Of a stretch of DNA of 28,861 bases, positions 7,124 through 15,797 are shown in pieces; within the stretch, counting starts at the first letter, position 1, and each line of letters begins with the position of its first letter. Below the pieces are notes generated by a model. That model worked only from the letters and a program-made list of their open reading frames with translations, did not search any database and had not been told where the DNA came from. Source of the stretch: a virus (taxonomy: Duplodnaviria; Caudoviricetes); IMG/VR virus record IMGVR_UViG_3300022183_000045, positions 1 to 28,861 of that record; one strand, written 5' to 3'. The translations under genes and the position numbers were made by a program.

Positions 7124-8611
7124 ACTGATGTCTATGTTATTGTTAGTTGTACCACTACCAAACGTAGTACCAGAGGTCTTAGTATCGTACAACAAATTAT
7201 CACCACCAACACCAGAATCTGCATAATAACAGTTGTTTTTAATTACAGTTTTATTCTGTGCGTTAGCCAATCTAATGTTGTAGTCAGGGCGATCTGCTGT
7301 ACCATTACAGACAAAGCTATTAGAATCAATAATTAGATGTGAGAAAAGATCAGTGTCTGCTACATTAGAAGCATTAGAACGGATTACTGTTGTAGGTACA
7401 AACGTATCTTCCATGAGAAATTGATTATTAGCAATAACGCACATAACATCTCCGCGCTTTAACTCAATAGCAGCTGAAGTTTCATTTCTAGCTTTATCAA
7501 AGTAACACCCATCAACAATGAGGTTTCGTGCTGCTACGTCATCACAAATAATCCACGCTTCTACTCCCCCAGCAGCATCACCTACACCATTAAACTTACA
7601 CCCATATACACATACGTCTGTAGTAGAACTCGCACCAACTTGTGCCTGAGCACTAGCTATATTAAGATTCCTTTTAGTAGTAGGGGATTCCCCATCAAAA
7701 AAACAATTATTCAAACGTATGTTTGCACAAGGGCAGACTGTGTTACCTCTAACAACCGAAACCTGATCAACATGATTCAGAAGGTGGCAATTAGACAAAT
7801 AAAATCCATCACATGCCCCAATAAATACACCATGCTCTTTAAAATCAGATGCCGCTCTTAGTTCACAATTGCTCACCACAATATTGACGCAGTAAGCATA
7901 GTAAAATCCTCCCCCGTCAGGGCCAGCCATTGCGTTAGTTGAGCCTGAATTTACTTGTATAGCACTAGCTTTAATGTGAGCATTACCAGTCCGTGCGGTC
8001 GTTACTGAATTGTTTGAGAAGAAGTTGCAGTTATGAACTAACGCAGGCTCTTGGACACCTCTAAAAACAATATCATCATAGAACCCATTAAAACGGATAT
8101 TGTAGATATAAACGTGTTTGGCTATATCTACTGCAATAGCGGCTCCACTAGTAGGATTTGTAAAAGTCCCACGGAGTGACATATCTGAAAATGCAATATT
8201 ATGCAAAATCCCAGTAGTGGTTTGCGTATCAGAGCGTGCGTAGAATAGATTACTGTCACTACTACTGTTAATCTTAGTAGCTGTAACTCCACTACCTTTG
8301 ATGTGTACACCAGGCCCGTTAATGATAAGTGTAGATGTTACTTTGTATTCACCAGGTGGGAACCAGACAATTCCTACGTTTGAATCATTACGAGTAGTCT
8401 GTGATTCTGTACTCGAAACAACAAAAACCTCTGCCGCATCAATAGCAGCCTGAATAGCCGCCGTATCATCTGTTACACCGTCTCCAACGGCGCCAAAGTC
8501 TTTAACTGAAACTGTATCTTGCAGCTTTGATTCAACGGTGCGCTGCTGTGCACCAGTACCAGCCTGGATGAAACCTCCACCCAGGTCGGCTAAGTCTCGT
8601 GTTTTTGTCAT
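7121..8611 (-). CDS. Second tailspike / beta-helix (pectate-lyase-3-like) depolymerase or receptor-binding protein
   Basis: VSVKDFGAVGDGVTDDTAAIQAAID, VWFPPGEYKV and repeated IxNCxF beta-helix rungs. It has no T7 fibre anchor, only a short MTKTRDLADL N-terminus. Confidence 0.88.
   Translation of the reverse strand: MTKTRDLADLGGGFIQAGTGAQQRTVESKLQDTVSVKDFGAVGDGVTDDTAAIQAAIDAAEVFVVSSTESQTTRNDSNVGIVWFPPGEYKVTSTLIINGPGVHIKGSGVTATKINSSSDSNLFYARSDTQTTTGILHNIAFSDMSLRGTFTNPTSGAAIAVDIAKHVYIYNIRFNGFYDDIVFRGVQEPALVHNCNFFSNNSVTTARTGNAHIKASAIQVNSGSTNAMAGPDGGGFYYAYCVNIVVSNCELRAASDFKEHGVFIGACDGFYLSNCHLLNHVDQVSVVRGNTVCPCANIRLNNCFFDGESPTTKRNLNIASAQAQVGASSTTDVCVYGCKFNGVGDAAGGVEAWIICDDVAARNLIVDGCYFDKARNETSAAIELKRGDVMCVIANNQFLMEDTFVPTTVIRSNASNVADTDLFSHLIIDSNSFVCNGTADRPDYNIRLANAQNKTVIKNNCYYADSGVGGDNLLYDTKTSGTTFGSGTTNNNIDIS
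8441..8572 (-). repeat. Shared neck module, copy 2 (partner at 10081-10212)
   Basis: Both copies begin AATAGCAGCCTGAATAGC.GCCGTATCATC on the plus strand and encode F.Q.GTGA..RTVESKL.D.VSVKDFGAVGDGVTDDTAAIQAAI. Confidence 0.9.
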
Positions 8612-8616
8612 AGTAA

Positions 8617-10935
8617 TTACTTGGCTACCCAGCCTGTGTTTGCAGTACCTGTTTCTTTGACGTAGAGAGTCGTGCCTGACCCTCCGTCAGTTCGTGTATA
8701 AATTGAACCAACTGGAGCAGTCACGACATTTTCTGGTGTGCCAGAACCACTAAAAGTAAGATTAAGAGACCCCTTATTTACAGGAAGTGTCAGACTTCCA
8801 ATGTTAACAACATTACCAGAACCACTAAATCTATTGTTCACTATAGTATAGCCGTTTACAACTGCAGATGTAGCCGGATTTAAAGTGACGTTCCTTACTC
8901 CCGCTTTAAAATAGTTATCATTTAAAAAGAAGTGATCAACTGTATTGTTAAGGGATACATCTGAAAAGTTGACAGTTCCCCCATCAATGTAATTATCGCT
9001 CACTCTAATAACTGTACCAGCTAAAGACATAGCATTATCTCCACTAGTTGTAGTGGTAAGGTTACAACCTTGAATTGTTAGGAGATCTGTTGCGCCTATA
9101 GCCATACGACCTGTAAGGTTGCAATTTGACATAACTACTTCAGTAGCTGCGTGAATACCAGCAGATTCTCTAGCGTCAAACAGGTTTTCTGTAGAATCAA
9201 GTCCACGGAATGTGCAATTAGTTAGGGTAACCTTACCGTAAGCAGTTCTTCTTGCTCCAGTTCTACCACCTGTAAAGATATTAGGTTTACTAGCTTCTTC
9301 AACATCGAATACACAATTACTAATAGTAATGTTTTCAATCAATGGTGAAGATTGCGCCCTAAAATCTTGAAGATTAAACCGTTGATTAGCTATGCAGTTA
9401 GAGATAGCTATATTTTTAGTAGTCCAAGTGTACTCACCGCTAGCCCCATCACTATCTGAATAGCCAATTCTAATGCTATTAGTTGCACTTTTGATGACAC
9501 AATTAGTTACTGTAACATCAATAATATCACTAAAAGCACCATTAACTAGGAACCCATTATCTTGAGCATAAAATGCAATACCGTCATCACTAGTTGATTC
9601 TAAGATACAATTAGTTACCGTAATGTTATTACCTTGAGTAAAGTGAAGACAATCACCATACAATCTATCTGCAGGATCCGCTTGACCAGATGGATCGTTT
9701 ACGATATGACAATTGGAGACGACGATATTATCGCAAGCAAATGCCGTTGCAAATTGGCCTGACGTTTTATTGAATCGTAGATTATTAATAAGAACATCTT
9801 CACCACCAATAATTGTTAGGTGAGAACCATACCCAGAATTAGGACCATCTTCAGTTTGAAGCCCATCAATTATAATGTTAGTAGTTCTGGTAGTAGTTGC
9901 CCAATTAGTATTAGCAAAGAGTGCATCTCTCCAAACATTGTTACCCACAGGGCGATAATCCATTTGAAAAATAGCTCCATTACCTTTGTAATGGAAGTTA
10001 CTTCCAAATTTCAAAGAAGACGTAATTCGATATGTGCCTGCGGTGCCAACAAGTACTTTTTTGTTGGTAGTTGTGTAATTAATAGCAGCCTGAATAGCTG
10101 CCGTATCATCCGTCACACCGTCTCCAACAGCACCGAAGTCCTTAACGGAGACAACATCACTCAGCTTGCTTTCAACGGTACGGAGAGTAGCTCCAGTGCC
10201 AGACTGTAGGAAGGATACGTCAGCCGCCTGCCCTGGAGCAGTGCTCAAGTTATTGACGCACTGAACATCAACAACATCACCTGCAACCAGAGCGCCACTA
10301 ATCAGATTAACAGTAGCCCCATCATCTGCGGAGTAGTCAACACCACGCTGCAGTAGAGCACCGTTTAGGAACACTTGTTCCCGCGTTGCGGAGTATTGGA
10401 GGGTAGACCCATCTGAGCCAATACCACTGAGGCTTGTCTCACCACCAGCTGCGTTGTAGCGCCAACGGGTATGGCCAGGGACGTCGACATCACCAAGGCG
10501 GCTATCCACGTACTGCTTGTTTACAGCAGCACCATCTGAAGTAGGCGTCCCGAGGTTGATGATCTCGTTACCACCCATGTCCAGATCACCCGCAAAGGTG
10601 GTAGATCCGTCAGCCAAGACGGCCCCGTTTCGGACCTCTTGAACCACGTATAGGGTCTGATCAAAGTTACCGTTCAGGTCCTGTGCTCTGATGGAGGAGC
10701 CAGGATAGAACTCAGCATCAAGTGCATCAATGTTGGTAGAACGGTAGATGCGGATTGAAGCCCCATTAGCTGGGGCTGTATTAAAGCTAATAGTAGTTGG
10801 GTTTGGCAGTGTGTATGCAGTTGTATCAGTCCCATCAACGCTAACGAAGATGTCGGACTCTTCAAGATATGGGAATGTGAAAGAATAGAGGACGGTTGAT
10901 CCGTCCCCCGTATAGAGATTTTCAGTTACCGCCAT
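8617..10935 (-). CDS. gp17: Tail fibre/tailspike (T7 gp17-like N-terminal anchor, adaptor domain and beta-helix)
   Basis: YTGDGSTVLYSFTFPYL...IRIYRST...F.PGSSIRAQDLN.NF.Q.LY..QE anchor; VFLNGALL..GVDY adaptor; pectate-lyase-3 motif; C-terminal GTPE..VTAPVGSIY..GW.AK module. Confidence 0.93.
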   Translation of the reverse strand: MAVTENLYTGDGSTVLYSFTFPYLEESDIFVSVDGTDTTAYTLPNPTTISFNTAPANGASIRIYRSTNIDALDAEFYPGSSIRAQDLNGNFDQTLYVVQEVRNGAVLADGSTTFAGDLDMGGNEIINLGTPTSDGAAVNKQYVDSRLGDVDVPGHTRWRYNAAGGETSLSGIGSDGSTLQYSATREQVFLNGALLQRGVDYSADDGATVNLISGALVAGDVVDVQCVNNLSTAPGQAADVSFLQSGTGATLRTVESKLSDVVSVKDFGAVGDGVTDDTAAIQAAINYTTTNKKVLVGTAGTYRITSSLKFGSNFHYKGNGAIFQMDYRPVGNNVWRDALFANTNWATTTRTTNIIIDGLQTEDGPNSGYGSHLTIIGGEDVLINNLRFNKTSGQFATAFACDNIVVSNCHIVNDPSGQADPADRLYGDCLHFTQGNNITVTNCILESTSDDGIAFYAQDNGFLVNGAFSDIIDVTVTNCVIKSATNSIRIGYSDSDGASGEYTWTTKNIAISNCIANQRFNLQDFRAQSSPLIENITISNCVFDVEEASKPNIFTGGRTGARRTAYGKVTLTNCTFRGLDSTENLFDARESAGIHAATEVVMSNCNLTGRMAIGATDLLTIQGCNLTTTTSGDNAMSLAGTVIRVSDNYIDGGTVNFSDVSLNNTVDHFFLNDNYFKAGVRNVTLNPATSAVVNGYTIVNNRFSGSGNVVNIGSLTLPVNKGSLNLTFSGSGTPENVVTAPVGSIYTRTDGGSGTTLYVKETGTANTGWVAK
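10081..10212 (-). repeat. Shared neck module, copy 1 (partner at 8441-8572)
   Basis: Colinear 132-bp diverged repeat with a near-identical protein motif. Confidence 0.9.
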
Positions 10936-13900
10936 TAGCGTAAGTCATGAATGAGGTACGTTGTTGTTTAAGCTTGATACTCTGCAGCTCAGCCTGCTTA
11001 GCCTGGTGGTCCTGCATACGACGTGCGAATGAGGTTCCAGGGTTGGCTAGCTGAACAGCAGCGTATTTGCGCTGAGCATAGTTGTAGTAGGCCTTGTGGA
11101 CCTTCTCGTAGAATAGGTGCTGTGGTATCTTCTCTTCAGAACCAGCCTCGAACATAAGAGTTGCGGTTTCATCGTCGCCCCCTTTACGCAGGTTTGGTCC
11201 ATTCTCATTATAGAAGTAATCCTTCAAGACCTGCTCCATGGTGCGGTTACGGAACAGTGGTAGCTTAACGGATGTAGCAATCTTAGTGATAGCATTCCGA
11301 TCGTTCCAAGTTAATGGCATACCTTGGAAGTCCTCCGGTGGCTGCTTAGGATCAATCCCGTACTTCTCGAACGCCTTGTTGATTGGTGTGCGTGCCTGCT
11401 TGCTGAGCCGAACCGGCTGAGCGAAGTTGAACATGCGTACACCGAGGCTAAAGGGGGACTTATCAAAGCCATCGAAGGTCAGCTCTTCACCAGTGGTTGT
11501 ATCCAGCTTCATGGGCGCAGCAGCGGGCATTACGCCAGACGCCATCTTACGCATCAATCCACCGAGACCTTGACCACTCATACCCCAGAGATCATCCATC
11601 AAACCTCGGGTCTGACGGGCTTCAGGGGATACGATCTTGGCAGCCTGATCCACAGCAATGGGGATAGGCAGTAAGCCGCGTGTGACCATACCACGTAGGT
11701 ACTTCTCACCTGTAGCTCCAAACTTCTGATCACCTGTAGCGGCAGACATGAGTGCCTTCAGGTTGTCCCACATGCCCATGGTAGTCTCGAACACGGAGTT
11801 CTTGACGACACTGTTAACAGCAATAGCTGCGGTCTGAGACCATGGGTTGAAGTTACGCTTCTGGGGTTCACCCATCTCACGGAACAAGTGACCCAGCTCC
11901 ATACCCATGCCGATGGCTTGAGCGAAGGGCTGTGCCCATGCGTATGAGATGCGATTCTCACCGAAGCCTACGGTGTAAGGCTTACGCTGTTGGTTGCTAG
12001 TGAAGAAGTCTTGGCGACGATCAGGGGCCATAGGGCCAGCACCGTTACCCATGTCGAAGTATCCAGCCATCATAGCTGGGAGCATCATGATGTAACCGAT
12101 GCGGAACTTACCGCGCTTGAATGCCAGCGTGTGGAGCTGAGCAGGTGTAAGGGCTTCTGGACCCTTCTGCTTAACCAGATCCTCCAGAGCCTTCCACTCT
12201 TGGTCAAACTGACGGAGAGCAATGTTGATGCCAGGGGTTGCCCCGATGGCCTCGTCAAAGATCTTAGCAGGAGTCTTGAGGAACACCATACCGGTGAGCC
12301 CCTTGATGCCCGGTGCATCCGCAACTTTGTTGAGCGCACGGAAGAACGTATTGTTCTTCAGCTTGTCACTACGGAAGTTGAAGTAGTCACCGTAATCCTG
12401 GATATCCTTGTAGAGAGGATGGTTCTTGTTAATGGCACCCAGTTCATCGAACATGGTATCCATCAACTTCTGCTTCTTCTCCATGATCTCCGCAGAGCGC
12501 TTGGCAATAGACTTGGAAGTCCAGGGCTCATTAAACCGCTCTAGGATCTCAGCTGCAGCTTCACGGGTAGCGATGCTGTTAGCAGCCATGTACTGACCGA
12601 TGTTCTCAGTCTTACCAATCCACTCAGTAGGCTTCCGAAGAATACCCAGCTGGGTGGCACGGCTAAAGTAGTCAGACAGGGACAGCATCATGCTGCCCAC
12701 AGGGCCAAGGTTACCGGCCATCTTCTCACCACGGATAGCCTCTACCATCTCAAACTCTTCCGGCTTCATGGAGAGCTTAAACGGCATACTATCAGGCATC
12801 TTCCAGACCTTACCCAGCACATCGTTCATGTGCATCACGGTCTCCTGCACAGACATCATCTCTGCAGCAGCCATTGCACGCATCTTACGGTCCAGCTTAC
12901 CGAAGCCCATACCACCGATACCCTTCATCACAGGCTCAACGGTTGTCCGCATTGCCAGGTTGACGAAGTTCTCTGCGATGGTCTTGGGGTTAGCCAGAAC
13001 AGTACGGGTGTACATGGCATCCACACCCCGACCAATGGCGGTTAAAAGGGTGGAGAATACAGGAGTAGCACGGGAGATGTCATCAGCAGCTTCAAGCGCA
13101 TTGAAGGCTTGATCCATCTGACGCATCATCGTTCCGGTAACGTCCTTGCCGTTACGGATCTGTTCGATCACTTCATCGACAGCTTTGTACATAGCCTCTG
13201 CCGACTGATCGGACTTGGCCATGTTCTCAGCCATCTCCTCGGTGAAGACGACAGCGTTCTTGTTCTGCATCTTGTGGCCGATGAACGACCAGGTACGGCC
13301 AGCTTCACGCTTGAGGCGCATCATGGCCTTCATGACCTGCCACTGACGATCGAACTGATCAGCGACACTGAGGCCGTTGAATGCAGCTTCACGACGTACA
13401 GCACCCAGATCCTTGAAGTTCTTACGACCGTTGGTGAGGTAGTTATCGATCAGCGTAAGTGCTGCACCGATCTTGGGGTTCTCCCGGAGGATGATGCCCC
13501 GACCTTGGAGAGTCTCGATCTCTTCTGCCAGCTGCAGACGGAGGCCGTTCTCGAAGGCTTCAAAGTCTCCACCGCCCTTGATGTAGGCTTCAATGGAGGG
13601 GAGGGTACGCAGGTTACTCTTAGCCAGGATGGCCTTGTACTCATCACTGCGTGGGTCTAGATCCTCGATACCCTTGAGCGAGTCAATCTCAGCGAACATC
13701 TCATCAGTCTTACCTTGGATGTAATTACGCTGTGCTTCCGGGCTCTTAGAGTGGTAGAGGAACTCGTTCTGGGATACGGGATAGGGATCACGCTCCAGAG
13801 TGTTCTTGACAGACGTACCCTGATCAACACCCAGCTCCATACGGGGCTTGACTGTAATCAGCTCGTCCATCTCGTAGCCGCTCTTCACGGCCATCTTGCG

Positions 13901-15796
13901 GGTAATACCGTTTGGCACCATGTACTCAGCCTTGGCCAGAGCTTGTGATACACCTTCGGGATCCCACAGACCTTGCTCAGCGAACTTGGCCTGGAAGTTG
14001 TCCAGGTTACCGTTGAAGAACTTGTCGGAGAGTGCAGAGTGTTCCATCTGACGGCGACGCAGAGCCTCGCTCATCTCAGCCCACTCATTGGACATCCCCT
14101 TTGAAGCCCCTAGGATATCCATGCCACCAGTATCAATGACCTCTCCACCATCAACATCAAAGATGGCTTTCTGGTCAAAGTCATAGGCTAGCTGCTCTGC
14201 CGTCTTGTAGTCAGGTACATTACGGCTGATCTCCATTTGGAGCTTACCGGTTTCAGGATCAATCCATCCACCAAGGTAGGTATCATCACGGCTGAGGATC
14301 TTCTGGTTGCGCTCCATCCACTCACCAAGCTGCTTGGTAACTGCTTGGCGGTTCTTGTTGAGCTGGGAACCACCTTCACCGAATCCCACACCACGCATGG
14401 TGGGTAGGTCCAGTTCAATCTCTTCAGCATCAATGCTAACCATGAAGCCAGTCTTAGGTGGCTCAAGGTTGTATGGGTTGACACTGAAGCCCTCTGGGTT
14501 CTCAGCAATAAGCTTGGCCAGACCTTTGTCAGGTACGAGCTTCTGACCGCCTGTAGACGTACTCAGATCGGGGTTGAAGCGGGTTCCAGGGGTAAACAGC
14601 TCAGGATAGTCAAGGGCTACTTCATCCCAGGTAGCGTCATAGCCCACCTCGGAGGCGGCTTGACGGTACATGTAGATGTCGAACTCCTTCTGCTCCAGAG
14701 CCCCTTGAAGCTCCTTGATGTCCTTCTCCTGCCGGATGATGTCATCAGTAACCTGCTTGGCCTGTCCCATGGACATGTGGTCAGCAGCACGCACCAGCTC
14801 GTCAGGGTTGCCCCCATAGCTGGCTGTGTTCACGTAGTCATCAATAGCTTGCAGGGCCTCGTTACGAGCCTGTACAGTCTCAGGGTACGCAGCGTTAGGG
14901 CCTTCGATCTCAGGGGCGATCTTAGGGCCACCTGGGGACAGGGACCGGAAGAACGGATTGGACTCGAGTACAGTCTTGATTGCCGGTTCCAGAGCGTGGG
15001 CTACAGAACGGACAGCACTGCCCATAAGGGCGCCCTCAATACCCGCCATAGTACGGGCACCAAGGGGGTTCTCCTCGACGCTGGCGATGATCTGTGAGAT
15101 AGTTGTGGTGGGAGCTTTGAGAGCGCCTTCAGGGACGTTCTCTGCGGTCCACGCGGACAGTTGGTTGGTAAGGGATTGCTCATCACCATGGGTTGCAACG
15201 AAATCCTCGAGGAAGTCAGCACCCATAGTAGCCATGACTCCAGCACCCTTAATGGGGTTCTGGCGTGCTGCTACCAGGTAGCGGACAAGGGTACGGACTA
15301 CAGCGCCTGCAGTGGTATCGTTCTCCTTGATCAGGTTGGTCTCAATTCCGTAGAGCTTAGGACCACCCAGACCTTCAACGATGTCTGCTGGCAGGTTGAC
15401 TGTACCTTCAATCAGGTCCTCGACACCACCAGCGGTGGCACGGAGACCCTCCTGCAGTACAGTACCAGCGGCTCCCGTTTGAGGCCCTTCAATCTTCTGT
15501 GTTGCTTCTTGGTTCTGCTTGGCCTGGCCCATCAGGTTGGTACCAAGCATGTTGTCCACACCCTGGATACCGGACTTGACCCAGCCAGGTGCGTTCAACC
15601 CATCTTCTTGTTGTGGTTGTTCAGCAGCCGGAGCTGCTTCTTCTGTTGGGGCCGGGGCAGCCGGAGCTGCTGAAGGACCGCCACTGTAGGCAGCCTTCAG
15701 AGCTTCCAGCCTTTCTTCCTCGGCCTTTGGATTGTAGTATGCGGGATCTGCAGGCACCGAACCGGTGTACTGCTTCCCATCTCCATTCAAAGGCAT
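10922..15796 (-). CDS. gp16: Internal virion (ejection) protein D, gp16-like, with a putative SAM-lyase-like insertion
   Basis: 1624 aa, largely helical, syntenic between gp15 and the tail fibre. C-terminal motifs FLKTP..I and PYTVGFG...ISY...QPF are typical of these proteins. Confidence 0.8.
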   Translation of the reverse strand: MPLNGDGKQYTGSVPADPAYYNPKAEEERLEALKAAYSGGPSAAPAAPAPTEEAAPAAEQPQQEDGLNAPGWVKSGIQGVDNMLGTNLMGQAKQNQEATQKIEGPQTGAAGTVLQEGLRATAGGVEDLIEGTVNLPADIVEGLGGPKLYGIETNLIKENDTTAGAVVRTLVRYLVAARQNPIKGAGVMATMGADFLEDFVATHGDEQSLTNQLSAWTAENVPEGALKAPTTTISQIIASVEENPLGARTMAGIEGALMGSAVRSVAHALEPAIKTVLESNPFFRSLSPGGPKIAPEIEGPNAAYPETVQARNEALQAIDDYVNTASYGGNPDELVRAADHMSMGQAKQVTDDIIRQEKDIKELQGALEQKEFDIYMYRQAASEVGYDATWDEVALDYPELFTPGTRFNPDLSTSTGGQKLVPDKGLAKLIAENPEGFSVNPYNLEPPKTGFMVSIDAEEIELDLPTMRGVGFGEGGSQLNKNRQAVTKQLGEWMERNQKILSRDDTYLGGWIDPETGKLQMEISRNVPDYKTAEQLAYDFDQKAIFDVDGGEVIDTGGMDILGASKGMSNEWAEMSEALRRRQMEHSALSDKFFNGNLDNFQAKFAEQGLWDPEGVSQALAKAEYMVPNGITRKMAVKSGYEMDELITVKPRMELGVDQGTSVKNTLERDPYPVSQNEFLYHSKSPEAQRNYIQGKTDEMFAEIDSLKGIEDLDPRSDEYKAILAKSNLRTLPSIEAYIKGGGDFEAFENGLRLQLAEEIETLQGRGIILRENPKIGAALTLIDNYLTNGRKNFKDLGAVRREAAFNGLSVADQFDRQWQVMKAMMRLKREAGRTWSFIGHKMQNKNAVVFTEEMAENMAKSDQSAEAMYKAVDEVIEQIRNGKDVTGTMMRQMDQAFNALEAADDISRATPVFSTLLTAIGRGVDAMYTRTVLANPKTIAENFVNLAMRTTVEPVMKGIGGMGFGKLDRKMRAMAAAEMMSVQETVMHMNDVLGKVWKMPDSMPFKLSMKPEEFEMVEAIRGEKMAGNLGPVGSMMLSLSDYFSRATQLGILRKPTEWIGKTENIGQYMAANSIATREAAAEILERFNEPWTSKSIAKRSAEIMEKKQKLMDTMFDELGAINKNHPLYKDIQDYGDYFNFRSDKLKNNTFFRALNKVADAPGIKGLTGMVFLKTPAKIFDEAIGATPGINIALRQFDQEWKALEDLVKQKGPEALTPAQLHTLAFKRGKFRIGYIMMLPAMMAGYFDMGNGAGPMAPDRRQDFFTSNQQRKPYTVGFGENRISYAWAQPFAQAIGMGMELGHLFREMGEPQKRNFNPWSQTAAIAVNSVVKNSVFETTMGMWDNLKALMSAATGDQKFGATGEKYLRGMVTRGLLPIPIAVDQAAKIVSPEARQTRGLMDDLWGMSGQGLGGLMRKMASGVMPAAAPMKLDTTTGEELTFDGFDKSPFSLGVRMFNFAQPVRLSKQARTPINKAFEKYGIDPKQPPEDFQGMPLTWNDRNAITKIATSVKLPLFRNRTMEQVLKDYFYNENGPNLRKGGDDETATLMFEAGSEEKIPQHLFYEKVHKAYYNYAQRKYAAVQLANPGTSFARRMQDHQAKQAELQSIKLKQQRTSFMTYANGGN

Positions 15797-15797
15797 G

